Shown here one piece after another: positions 17,678 to 26,833 of a DNA stretch of 64,000 nt. Source of the DNA: an uncultured Acidobacteriota bacterium (lineage in GTDB: Bacteria > Acidobacteriota > Vicinamibacteria > Vicinamibacterales > CAVPJW01). The stretch spans positions 14,855 to 78,854 of the forward strand of contig CAWGYQ010000016.1 of the NCBI GenBank assembly GCA_963826865.1, read 5' to 3'. The notes under the pieces were generated by a model. It did no database searches and was not told where the DNA came from. It was given only the letters and a program-made list of their open reading frames with translations. A program made the position numbers and the translations under genes. How positions within the stretch are numbered: the first letter of the stretch is position 1; each line of letters starts with the position of its first letter.

Positions 17678-19975
17678 ATGGGTGCGATGGGCGAGTGTTG
17701 CCGCAAAGGCCTTCCATGGGTAACAGGAATCCCCATCGCGATTCATCTTCTGGCCGGTGCTGCTCCCCTTCAGGCACAAACCGTCCCCACGCAAGTGCTC
17801 GCGGCTGGACGCCTCCCCGAGGAATCGCCCACACCGACGATCGACGGGCGCGTCGACGAGGCCATCTGGCAGACGGTCGAGCCCTATACGACATTCACGC
17901 AGCAGGATCCCAATGAAGGCGAGCCGGCGTCCGAGCGCACCGAGGTCCGTGTGCTGCTGGACCGACGGACGCTCTATATCGGCATCATCTGTTTCGATCG
18001 ATCGCCGGATCAGATCGTGGTGTCGGAGAGCCGCCGCGATTCCGATTTGAACGAGACCGATTCGGTCCAGGTCCTGCTCGACACCTTCAACGACAATCAG
18101 AACGCCTTCATTTTCGGCACCAATCCCGTGGGCATCGAGTACGACGGTCAGGTGGCCGGCGAGGGTCAGACCGGCAGCTTTCAGAACCGGTCAGGGGTGG
18201 GTGGCTCTCAGCGGGGTCAGCTGAGCGGCTTCAACGGCAACTGGGACGGCGACTGGCGCGTGCGGGCGCTCATCACGGAACGCGGGTGGGAAACCGAGAT
18301 GGCGATCCCGCTGAAAACGCTGCGCTTCAACAGCGGCACCGACCGGACCTGGGGCTTCAACGTGATGCGGAACATCCGTCGCAAGAACGAGCAGGTGTTC
18401 CTCTCGCCGATCGAGCGTGGCTACTCGATTCACCGTGTATCGCAGGCAGCGACGCTCGGCGGGCTCGACCTCCCGCCGCGTCGCGACATCAAAGCCATTC
18501 CGTACGCCGCCGCCAAGTTCAACAACGACTTTCTCCGGCCCAGTGGCGATCAGCTCGATCGCGAAGGCGATATCGGCATCGACGTCAAGTGGGGTGTGCG
18601 GCCGAACCTGACCGCCGACTTCACGGTGAACACCGATTTCGCACAGGTCGAAGCCGACGAAGAACAGGTCAACCTGACGCGCTTCGAGCTGTTCTTCCCC
18701 GAGAAGCGCTCGTTTTTTCTCGAGAACGCCAGCATTTTCCAGTTCGGTGCGCCTCAACAGATCGATCTGTTCTTCTCGCGCCGGATCGGCTTGTCTCCCA
18801 CGGGTCTACCCATCGACATCCTGGGCGGCGGACGGCTGAGCGGGAAGGTGGGCCAGTACAACGTCGGCATCCTCAACATGCAGACGGGTAAGGCGGAGAA
18901 CGATCTGACAGGCGCGCTCGTTGCCCCGAGCAACAACTTTACGGTCGCCCGCGTGCAGCGCGAGGTCGGACGCTCGAACTTCGGCGCCATCTTCGTAAAT
19001 CGCCTCGGCACGGGCAGCGCTGCCGAACCCGACGACTACAACCGCGCGTACGGCCTCGACGCGGCCCTGCAGCTGTCGAGCAACGGAAAATTGTTCGCGT
19101 TCATGGCGCGATCGGATTCACCCGGCGCCCGCGGCTCAGACTACGCGGGGCGCATCATCTACGGATACGCGAATCCGCTGTTCAACTGGAACCTTGGCTA
19201 TTCGCAGGTGGGCGAGGATTTCAACGCCGAGGTCGGGTTCGTGCCGCGCCAGGGCTATCGAAGGCCGGAGGCGCGGGCGTTTCTGACCTACCAGCCGAAG
19301 AAGTATCCCTGGATTCGACGTTTCTCCCCCCACGTCAACGGCAGTGCCTTCTACGATTTCGATGGCAACGTGCAGACGTCGCAGGCACACCTTCATTTCT
19401 TCGAGATCCAGCCAACGCGTGGCGGGCGCTTCGGCTATCGGTGGGATTACGCGCAGGACCGGCCGCTCCTGCCGTTCCGTGTCTATCGCGGACCGGATGG
19501 GAGGGAAGTGATCATTCCACCGGGGCTCTACAGCTGGGGCCAGTGGACGGGCGAGTACCTGGGGGATCCGAGCGCGCCGCTCTACTTCAACGTCTTTCAC
19601 ACCTGGGGAGATTTCTACGACGGCGACTACTGGAAGGTGGACACGCTCGTAGGGGCGCGCATCGGCGCCAAGCTGATCACCGAAACCGGCTACACGCACG
19701 AAGACATCGAGCTGCCAGAGGGAGCGTTCACGACGACGCTCGTCCCGGTGAAGGTGAGCTATTCCTTCACGCCTCTCGCGAGCCTGCAGGCGCTGGTGCA
19801 GTACAACAGCCAGGCGATCGTGGTGTCGTCCAACATCCGCCTGGCGCTTCTCAATCGCAGCGGCACAGGCCTGTTCGTCGTCTACAACGACCGGCGCGAC
19901 ACGTCCACCTTCTCGCGCGAAGAGCTGTTGGGGCGGTCCTTCATCATCAAGTACACGCGCTTATTCGATTTCTGA
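17678..19975 (+). CDS. DUF5916 / carbohydrate-binding family 9-like domain protein, exported
   Basis: The ATG at 17678 follows GAGGGG. Signal-like IAIHLLAGAAPLQAQ. The N-terminal block IDGRVDEAIWQTVEPYTTFTQQDPNEGEP...RRDSDLNETDSVQVLLDTFNDNQNAFIFGTNPVGIEYDGQV is typical of this family. Confidence 0.8.
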   Translation: MGAMGECCRKGLPWVTGIPIAIHLLAGAAPLQAQTVPTQVLAAGRLPEESPTPTIDGRVDEAIWQTVEPYTTFTQQDPNEGEPASERTEVRVLLDRRTLYIGIICFDRSPDQIVVSESRRDSDLNETDSVQVLLDTFNDNQNAFIFGTNPVGIEYDGQVAGEGQTGSFQNRSGVGGSQRGQLSGFNGNWDGDWRVRALITERGWETEMAIPLKTLRFNSGTDRTWGFNVMRNIRRKNEQVFLSPIERGYSIHRVSQAATLGGLDLPPRRDIKAIPYAAAKFNNDFLRPSGDQLDREGDIGIDVKWGVRPNLTADFTVNTDFAQVEADEEQVNLTRFELFFPEKRSFFLENASIFQFGAPQQIDLFFSRRIGLSPTGLPIDILGGGRLSGKVGQYNVGILNMQTGKAENDLTGALVAPSNNFTVARVQREVGRSNFGAIFVNRLGTGSAAEPDDYNRAYGLDAALQLSSNGKLFAFMARSDSPGARGSDYAGRIIYGYANPLFNWNLGYSQVGEDFNAEVGFVPRQGYRRPEARAFLTYQPKKYPWIRRFSPHVNGSAFYDFDGNVQTSQAHLHFFEIQPTRGGRFGYRWDYAQDRPLLPFRVYRGPDGREVIIPPGLYSWGQWTGEYLGDPSAPLYFNVFHTWGDFYDGDYWKVDTLVGARIGAKLITETGYTHEDIELPEGAFTTTLVPVKVSYSFTPLASLQALVQYNSQAIVVSSNIRLALLNRSGTGLFVVYNDRRDTSTFSREELLGRSFIIKYTRLFDF

Positions 19976-19987
19976 GGCCGCCCCGCT

Positions 19988-20926
19988 TCACACGCCCTGC
20001 GCCACTGGCTCGATCACGATTTCCGGCAACAGCCGCTCGACATCCGCGCGGACAAGGCAGCCTGTCTCCTCGCGCACCACCTTGGCGGCGCCGCACGCGG
20101 CGGCCAGGCGTAGCGTTTCGATCCGTTCGAGGCCGCGTTTCATACCGACGGCGAGACCGCCCACCAGGCAGTCTCCGGCGCCGACGTCGTTCTTCACGGA
20201 CTGCGGTGGGACCGAAATCGTGTAGGCCGCGCCATCCCAGCAGGCCACGAGGCCGTCGCGTCCCAGCGAGATGACGACGAGTCGCACGCCGCCCGACGCG
20301 AGCGTGCGCGCAGCGCTCAACGCTTCGTCCACGCTCCGAATCGGCTGTCCCACCAGGTCTGCGGCCTCCAGTCGATTCGGCTTGACGGCGTAAGGATGCG
20401 CCTGGAGCCCGAGGCGAAGCCGCACACCGCTGGCATCGAGGATGACTGGTGTCGGCGAGCCGCCGATGGCCGCGGCCAGCGACCCGTACAACCCGTCGGG
20501 GGCCCCACGCGGAAGGCTCCCAGACAGCACCGCCACCCGGCTCTCGAGCGCGCACGACAGAAACAGGTCGCGGAACATCGTCACCGAGTCGTCGTCGATC
20601 AGAGGGCCCTCTTCTAGCAGCTCGGTGGTCTGGCCGGACTGGTCCCGCACGGCCAGGCAGGTGCGCAGCTCACAGGCCGTCGGAATCGGATGGAATTCCA
20701 CGCCGCGCTGGCGGAGGTAGCGATCGAACATGTCGGCCTGTCCGGGCCCGACGATGCCGATCAGGCGCACGGGCTCGCCGAGCGCCGCGATGGTTCCGGC
20801 CACGTGCAAGCCCTTGCCGCCCGGCCAGAGACGCACCTGATTCAGCCTCACAACGCCGCCCGCGCTCAGATCGGCGGTCTCTGCCAGCTTGTCGATCGCC
20901 GTGTTGAATCCGCCAACCGTAATCAC
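19988..20926 (-). CDS. PfkB-family kinase (1-phosphofructokinase / tagatose-6-phosphate kinase-like)
   Basis: The long ORF 19988..21328 is trimmed to the GTG at 20924-20926, which overlaps the upstream stop (GTGA). N-terminus: VITVGGFNTAIDKL. PfkB signature: DVGAGDCLVGGL. Confidence 0.8.
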   Translation of the reverse strand: MITVGGFNTAIDKLAETADLSAGGVVRLNQVRLWPGGKGLHVAGTIAALGEPVRLIGIVGPGQADMFDRYLRQRGVEFHPIPTACELRTCLAVRDQSGQTTELLEEGPLIDDDSVTMFRDLFLSCALESRVAVLSGSLPRGAPDGLYGSLAAAIGGSPTPVILDASGVRLRLGLQAHPYAVKPNRLEAADLVGQPIRSVDEALSAARTLASGGVRLVVISLGRDGLVACWDGAAYTISVPPQSVKNDVGAGDCLVGGLAVGMKRGLERIETLRLAAACGAAKVVREETGCLVRADVERLLPEIVIEPVAQGV

Positions 20927-21852
20927 GAAGACCTCCAGATCAATTCCTGCACTTCGTCGAGCGTGGGCTGACCGGGTGTGCCACCGGGTCGGCGAGTTGA
21001 CAGCGCTCCGCACGCGGCGGCCATACGCAGACACTCGTCGAGCGGCCGCCGCTCGAGCCAGCCGTAGAGGAAGCCGGCGTTGAACGAATCGCCGGCGCCT
21101 GTCGTCTCGACGCTCGGCACACTGTAGGCGGCGCGTCGCACCAGACGGCCGGCGTCGAGAGCCGCGCACCCGGCGGAGCCGAGCTTGGCCACCGTGAGGG
21201 TCCGCCCGTTTTGGAGCGATCGGAGCGCGACGAATGGATCGACTTCCCGGGCAATCGCACCCAGCTCGATCTCGTTTGGAAAGAACAGGTCCACTTCTTC
21301 GAGCGTCTGGAGCAGGTCGCCATTCCACCTCTCGGCCGGGTCGAAGCCTGGATCGAGCGACGTCGTCAGGCCGGCACGATGTGCGCGTGCAAACACGCTC
21401 CTGACGTCGGGCCGCAGCCCCCGCTGCAGGAAATACGACGAGATATGAACGTGTGAAAATCCCTCGAATGCCTGCGTGCTGACGTCCGAGCCTCGGAGCG
21501 CGATGATGGAGCCGGGATACGTGAGGAGCGCGCGATCCTGTCTGTCGGTGATCGAGACCGTGACGCCGGTTTTGAGCGACGGGTCGCGAATCACACGGCT
21601 GACATCAATGCCTTCCTCCTCCAGGGCGTCGGTGCATGCCCGGCCCCACAGATCGGTGCCGACCTTGCCCAGAAACGCCACGTTGGCCCCGAGGCGGGCG
21701 AGGCCCACCGCGCAGATTGCCGACGCGCTGCCGAGCGTGGAGAGAAAGTCGTCGACCAGCACCTCTTTTCCGGGAACCGGAAAGGCGTGGTACCCGCTCA
21801 GGACGAGATCTGGATTGAGCTCGCCAACAACCAGGACAGTGAGGGGATTCAC
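20923..21852 (-). CDS. PfkB-family carbohydrate kinase (ribokinase-like)
   Basis: The GTG start at 21850-21852 lies 2 nt after the upstream stop. N-terminus: VNPLTVLVVGELNPDLV. Signature: TTGAGDSFNAGF. Confidence 0.8.
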   Translation of the reverse strand: MNPLTVLVVGELNPDLVLSGYHAFPVPGKEVLVDDFLSTLGSASAICAVGLARLGANVAFLGKVGTDLWGRACTDALEEEGIDVSRVIRDPSLKTGVTVSITDRQDRALLTYPGSIIALRGSDVSTQAFEGFSHVHISSYFLQRGLRPDVRSVFARAHRAGLTTSLDPGFDPAERWNGDLLQTLEEVDLFFPNEIELGAIAREVDPFVALRSLQNGRTLTVAKLGSAGCAALDAGRLVRRAAYSVPSVETTGAGDSFNAGFLYGWLERRPLDECLRMAAACGALSTRRPGGTPGQPTLDEVQELIWRSS

Positions 21853-21854
21853 GA

Positions 21855-23135
21855 TCAGGGCTGACCCGTGTGGTGAATCCGGAACGGCTTGACCACGCGG
21901 GTGATGACGCCGGCAGGCGAGGGAGAATCGGGCGAGAGGCCGAACCTGAGGCACGCGAAGAATCCGAGCAGTTGTCCGGTCAGCACGTCGAGAAACACAA
22001 GATCGCCGTCGTCCAGATCGCCGGCCACATCGATGGCCACAGTCGGACGTCGGCGAATCAGGTGCCCCGGAATCTCCGTCCCGACGATCACCATCGAATG
22101 TCCGAGCCCTTTGTCGATCAGCTCGTCGAGCAGGTCGACCTCGTAGGCGCGCGTAAGCGGATCGGACGACAGGAAGGCCACCACCAGGGTGTCGGGATGA
22201 ATCGCCGACATCGGACCGTGTCGAACGCCAAGATAGGTTTCGGCCAGGGTCCGGACGCGTCCGGCGGTCAGCTCGAGCATCTTCAGCGCGGCCTCACGAG
22301 CCCCGGCTGCGCGATCGCCACTCCCGAGAAACACCGCCGAGGAGAATGCCGACGCCGCCACATCGGCGATTCGGTCGCTGTCGTTGACGAGCAGGTGTCG
22401 CGCTGAGCTCGCCAGGCGCGCGGCACGTCGTTCGTATTCGGGCCATCGATCGGGATAGGCGAGCGCGCGACTCGCTAAGAGCAGATTCGTGAAGCTGCTG
22501 GTCATGACGAGGCTCTTGTCGCAGGTCGCCTCGTCGAGGACGAGGGTCAGCACGCGGGGAATGCCTTGATAGCTCGTGGCGAGGCGGCCCTCGGCGCAGC
22601 AGGTGAAGATGAGATGGCGGGCCGTTGGCCGCTCGTCGAGAAGCCGATCGATCACGGCGGCGCTCTCGGGGCTGTTCCCGGAGCGCGCGATCGACACCAC
22701 CAGGAGCACCTCGGCAGGCGGCAGCAGATGCGCTCCGTCCGTAAGCAGGCTGCCGCCGGCTATAGCGCCGACCGGGATGCCGATCGAGCGCCCCAGCGTC
22801 GCGCGCGAGCACTCACCCACGTAGAGCGAGCTGCCGGACCCGGTGAACACCACCGCGCCGTGCCGGCCGCGATCGACGGGTGGGGTCAACCCGATCAATC
22901 GATTTCTCGCGGGCGCCACCCGCTCTACCGTTCCCATCCAGGTCGCCGGCTGCTGGCAGATCTCTCGAAGTGTGTGCCGGTATCCGCGCGTGCGCTGCTC
23001 TGTGACGGGCTCGTTCAGGAGTGCCCCGAGCGCGCGCGAGCCAGATGCCAGCGAGGCGAGCCATTTGTCGGAAACGCTGTCGGCACTGGCGGGCCGGCGA
23101 GAATCCACGTTGTTCTGGCCGTCGGTCATCAACAT
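21855..23135 (-). CDS. SIS-domain sugar-phosphate isomerase (AgaS-like)
   Basis: 426 aa. TLREICQQPATW is an AgaS-type N-terminal motif. Two SIS-like halves are present (VFTGSGSSLY; AVFLGSG). Confidence 0.78.
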   Translation of the reverse strand: MLMTDGQNNVDSRRPASADSVSDKWLASLASGSRALGALLNEPVTEQRTRGYRHTLREICQQPATWMGTVERVAPARNRLIGLTPPVDRGRHGAVVFTGSGSSLYVGECSRATLGRSIGIPVGAIAGGSLLTDGAHLLPPAEVLLVVSIARSGNSPESAAVIDRLLDERPTARHLIFTCCAEGRLATSYQGIPRVLTLVLDEATCDKSLVMTSSFTNLLLASRALAYPDRWPEYERRAARLASSARHLLVNDSDRIADVAASAFSSAVFLGSGDRAAGAREAALKMLELTAGRVRTLAETYLGVRHGPMSAIHPDTLVVAFLSSDPLTRAYEVDLLDELIDKGLGHSMVIVGTEIPGHLIRRRPTVAIDVAGDLDDGDLVFLDVLTGQLLGFFACLRFGLSPDSPSPAGVITRVVKPFRIHHTGQP

Positions 23136-23532
23136 CCCTGACAGTCACTGAACGCGAGCCCGGCCCGAGCCCGAAATTCCCTGGCCCGCGAAACGATATC
23201 GCATCGCGTCGTCGGGGCGCTCAATCGCGACCGACGAGCGCTCTGGTGAAGAGCTCGCCCCAAAGCGGCCAGCACTCGGGCTGCGGTGCCACGCTCGAAG
23301 AACTGACGCCGATCCATTCGGTCCTCTCCTCTGTTCGAGGGGCGGCCTGCATGCTAGAGAGACACGCAGGCGAAGTCAAAGCCATACACGACTGCGTGCC
23401 CTGGACGACAGTGCCGCGAGCTGTCGAAGTCCGGTAGACTGCATGCGCGGCCATGACCGAGGCATCGTGCGGCAGAGCTGATTTTCGCCGGCACGGAGCC
23501 GGGGCGCGCAGGCAGGGCATCGCACTGAACCG

Positions 23533-24435
23533 ATGGTCACCCTCATGAGCCGAATCGATTCGAGGGCGAGAGCGCGTACTGGCCTTCTCGTCACGGTGTG
23601 CGCTGGGCTGCCGCTGATCTCTTGCGACGAGGCCGGCAGCCGTCAGAGCCCGGCTCCCGGATTGTCAGCGCCTCCCGTGGCCGGCGTCCGCATCGTCAAT
23701 GTCTTCCCGCACGATCCCGCCGCCTTTACACAGGGACTCGTCTTTCACGAAGGCTTTCTGTTCGAGAGCACGGGTCTCCGCGGCCGCTCGACCCTCAGGA
23801 AAGTGCGCCTGGAGACGGGAGAGGTCATTCGACAGCACAACCTGGCGCCGCAGCACTTCGGGGAGGGTCTGGCCTACTGGAAAAGCCAGCTTGTGCAGCT
23901 CACCTGGCAATCGAATCTGGGCCTCGTGTACAACGTCGATTCATTCGATCTTCTGCGAACGTTCACGTACCGCGGCGAAGGATGGGGACTGGCGAGCCAC
24001 GATCGAGGCCTGATCATGAGCGATGGCACATCGCGTCTTCGCTTTCTGAATCCCGAGACGTTCGTCGAGACGGGTGGCGTTGACGTCAAGGACGGCAGTC
24101 TCCAGGTGAGTCTGTTGAATGAGCTGGAGATGGTTCGTGGCGAGGTGTACGCGAACGTCTGGCAGACCGACACGATCGCCCGGATCGATCCTGTTTCGGG
24201 CCGGGTGAACGGGTGGATCGATCTGACGGCGCTGCTTTCTCCCGCCGAACGCCAGTCAGCCGATGTTTTGAACGGCATCGCGTGGGACTCGGAAGCCGAT
24301 CGTCTGTTCGTCACCGGGAAGCTCTGGCCCAAACTGTTCGAAATCGCACTCGTGCCGCGTTCGGCAGATGTCGAAGCCTCGCCGATCACGACGGCCGCAC
24401 GAAGACTCGCGCGCCGTGTCGAGGACGGACTGTGA
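23533..24435 (+). CDS. Glutaminyl-peptide cyclotransferase (beta-propeller type), lipoprotein
   Basis: Lipobox GLPLISCDE. Family blocks: FPHDPAAFTQGLVFHEGFLFESTG, GEGWGL, ANVWQTD, LNGIAWD and LFVTGKLWPKLFEI. An alternative ATG is at 23545. Confidence 0.85.
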   Translation: MVTLMSRIDSRARARTGLLVTVCAGLPLISCDEAGSRQSPAPGLSAPPVAGVRIVNVFPHDPAAFTQGLVFHEGFLFESTGLRGRSTLRKVRLETGEVIRQHNLAPQHFGEGLAYWKSQLVQLTWQSNLGLVYNVDSFDLLRTFTYRGEGWGLASHDRGLIMSDGTSRLRFLNPETFVETGGVDVKDGSLQVSLLNELEMVRGEVYANVWQTDTIARIDPVSGRVNGWIDLTALLSPAERQSADVLNGIAWDSEADRLFVTGKLWPKLFEIALVPRSADVEASPITTAARRLARRVEDGL

Positions 24436-25316
24436 AGAAGTTCGGTGGTCACAGCATGGTGGCGCCGCTCTGTCGGGTCATCGTCAAGCGACCCTCGGAG
24501 GCGTTCGGGAGCCACGAGCAGATCGACAGCCAGTGGAATGCGCTTGGCTATTCGGCGCCCCCTGACCTCGGTGCGGCCTGCCGCGAGCACGAAGCGCTGG
24601 TGGGCGTGCTGCAGCGCGAGAACGTTGAAGTGCTCACTTTGCCCGCCGACGCGCGTACCGGGCTCGACTCCCTCTACACGCACGATCCGGGGCTGATCAC
24701 TGACGAGGGGATGATTGTCTTCCAGACCGGCAAGCTGGCACGTCGTGGGGAAGGTCCGGCGCTCGCGGCTGCCCTCGTTTCATGGGGCGTCCCTGTCTTC
24801 GGCACGCTGGATGGTGAAGCCACGGCGGAGGGCGGCGACCTCGTGTGGCTCGACAGGGAAACCCTGCTGGCCGGCCGGGGTTTCCGTACGAATGCCTCCG
24901 GGATCGCACGGCTCCGCGAGTTGCTCTCGCCTCTGGGCGTTCGCGTCATGGAAGTGCCGTTGCCGTACGGTGATGGCCCTGATGAATGCCTGCACCTCAT
25001 GTCATTCATGAGCCTTCTGGACGACGACCTTGCTGTTGTTTCGCGATCGCTGATGCCGGTACCGCTTTTCGAATACCTGACCGCACGGGGTATCGAGCTC
25101 ATCGACATTCCCGTGAACGAGTACCGGACCCAGGCATGCAACGTGCTCGCCGTGGCCCCACGGCGTGTCGTGATGCTCGCAGGCAATCCGGTGACGCGAG
25201 TCCGGCTCGAGGCCGTTGGCTGCGAGGTGACCGAGATCGTCGGCGAGGAGATCTCGTTGAAGGGGGCCGGCGGTCCGACGTGTCTGACGCGGCCGGTCTG
25301 GCGGTCGAAAGTCTGA
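24432..25316 (+). CDS. Amidinotransferase-fold protein (dimethylarginine dimethylaminohydrolase / arginine deiminase-like)
   Basis: The GTG at 24432 overlaps the cyclase stop (GTGA); an alternative ATG is at 24456. A catalytic-Cys-type C-terminus is present (GAGGPTCLTRPV), along with HLMSFMS. Confidence 0.8.
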   Translation: MKKFGGHSMVAPLCRVIVKRPSEAFGSHEQIDSQWNALGYSAPPDLGAACREHEALVGVLQRENVEVLTLPADARTGLDSLYTHDPGLITDEGMIVFQTGKLARRGEGPALAAALVSWGVPVFGTLDGEATAEGGDLVWLDRETLLAGRGFRTNASGIARLRELLSPLGVRVMEVPLPYGDGPDECLHLMSFMSLLDDDLAVVSRSLMPVPLFEYLTARGIELIDIPVNEYRTQACNVLAVAPRRVVMLAGNPVTRVRLEAVGCEVTEIVGEEISLKGAGGPTCLTRPVWRSKV

Positions 25317-25375
25317 GATCGACGTCGGAACCATTGCCGAGCCGGCGCACAATCTTCCGAAGTAGTCTAGAAACC

Positions 25376-25837
25376 ATGAAGGTTCTGTTGCTGGTGTTCG
25401 GGCTTCTGGCGTTCGGTCCTTCGCTTCGTACGCAGGAAGACGGCGTCCCCAAGGACTCCACGCGCCTGTCGATCAGCGGGTGCCTCAAAGGGCGGATACT
25501 CACGGCCGCACGCCGTTCCGAACTCGAGCCGGACGCGAATCCGGTTGAAGACGGACGGCGAGTCAGGCTTTCGGCGCCGAAGAAAACGCTCGACGAGCTT
25601 CGCGCGCAGGAAGGCCATTTGATCGAGGTGACCGGCCTGGTCAAGCTGGCCCAGTTGTCGCCCGCGACACAGGGGATCGCGATCGGGGGAAGCGGCCGTT
25701 TCCGGCTCGGTGGCGAGCCGTTCAACCCTGATCCGACCGCGGTTGGTTCCGTACGAGATCCGCTTGCGAATCAGATCCTCTTGAACGTCGAGTCGTGGCG
25801 GGAGCTCCACGAACGCTGCGCGGGACGAAACGAGTGA
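25376..25837 (+). CDS. Secreted hypothetical protein (153 aa)
   Basis: The ATG at 25376 lies inside ORF 24986..25837. Signal peptide: MKVLLLVFGLLAFGPSLRTQ. I recognise no family. Confidence 0.6.
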   Translation: MKVLLLVFGLLAFGPSLRTQEDGVPKDSTRLSISGCLKGRILTAARRSELEPDANPVEDGRRVRLSAPKKTLDELRAQEGHLIEVTGLVKLAQLSPATQGIAIGGSGRFRLGGEPFNPDPTAVGSVRDPLANQILLNVESWRELHERCAGRNE

Positions 25838-25865
25838 ACCCGCAGGTTCGGGCAGCCCGATACAG

Positions 25866-26276
25866 GTGGTGGCTGTGAGCGTCGTCACCTGGGTCGTGCA
25901 ACTGCTGCTGGCGATGGCGTTCGCGCTGGGCGGTTTCATGAAACTCACGATGCCCATGCCCGAACTGGCCCGACAGCTCGTATGGCCCGCGGATCTTCCG
26001 GCGTGGCTCGTGCGTTTCATCGGTCTCTCCGAGCTCGCCGGCGCCGTCGGCCTGGTGCTGCCGGGGGCCACCGGCATCCGGCCCAGGCTCACGACGCTCG
26101 CCGCTCTTGGGCTTGCGCTGATCATGGTGCTGGCCATGGTATTTCACGTGTTGCGTCGGGAATTTCAAGCGCTCCCGATCAACCTGGTGATGGGGAGCCT
26201 GGCCGCGTTCGTGGGCTGGAGCCGGTTCACTCGGGTGCCGGCTGCTTCGAATGATCGGGCGTCACGCAGCCGGTAG
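25866..26276 (+). CDS. DoxX-family membrane protein
   Basis: GTG start. Four hydrophobic segments. GGFMKL ... FIGLSELAGAVGLVLP matches the DoxX pattern. Confidence 0.8.
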   Translation: MVAVSVVTWVVQLLLAMAFALGGFMKLTMPMPELARQLVWPADLPAWLVRFIGLSELAGAVGLVLPGATGIRPRLTTLAALGLALIMVLAMVFHVLRREFQALPINLVMGSLAAFVGWSRFTRVPAASNDRASRSR

Positions 26277-26338
26277 CGTCAGGGCTTCTTCGATTCCATT
26301 CCTCACGCGATCGTCGTTCCGATCGTTTGACACGGAGA

Positions 26339-26815
26339 ATGATGAGAGAGCCGGATATCGTGGTTCGCGAAGCGGTGGCCCTTGACCGCGAGTTCGTGCT
26401 CCGCACGGCCGGTCGCCTGGCGGCGTTCGAGCCTCCACCTTGGCGCACGCCCGGCGAAATCGTGTCGGCCGAAGCGCGGAGCCTGGAAGACTTTTTCCGC
26501 GACGGGAAATCAGGAACCGCCATGTTCGTGGCCGTCCTCGACGAGACACGCGCGGGTTTCGCTTTCCTCGAGACGCTGCGGGACTACTTTACCGGTGAGC
26601 CGCATGGGCACATCGGCATGATAGCCGTCGACGAAGCGAGCGAAGGCCGCGGCGTTGCAGGCGCGCTGATGAAAGCGGCCGAGCGATGGGCACGCCTTCT
26701 CGGATATCGCCGGCTGACGCTCCACGTCTTCGACGGCAACATCAAGGCTCGAGGGCTTTACGAGCACTTGGGGTACGAGGTCGAAACCCTTCGCCTCGTG
26801 AAAATGCTGGTCTGA
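26339..26815 (+). CDS. GNAT-family N-acetyltransferase
   Basis: ORF 26327 starts at a TTG; the first ATG pair is at 26339/26342. Acetyl-CoA motif: EGRGVAGALMKAAERWA. Confidence 0.85.
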   Translation: MMREPDIVVREAVALDREFVLRTAGRLAAFEPPPWRTPGEIVSAEARSLEDFFRDGKSGTAMFVAVLDETRAGFAFLETLRDYFTGEPHGHIGMIAVDEASEGRGVAGALMKAAERWARLLGYRRLTLHVFDGNIKARGLYEHLGYEVETLRLVKMLV

Positions 26816-26833
26816 CGTCGTCGGGTTGACGGA

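Noticed and set aside
23136-23532. 397-bp gene-free region between the SIS-isomerase operon and the glutaminyl cyclase gene. I examined it for a missing regulator gene, a small RNA or a sigma-54 promoter.
   Set aside because: The only ORFs there (23221..23520 minus strand, 23021..23437 plus strand) have implausible composition and no RBS. I found no convincing -24/-12 element or stable terminator-flanked structure, only a short CGATATCG palindrome (about 23194-23201). I left it as an ordinary divergent promoter region.
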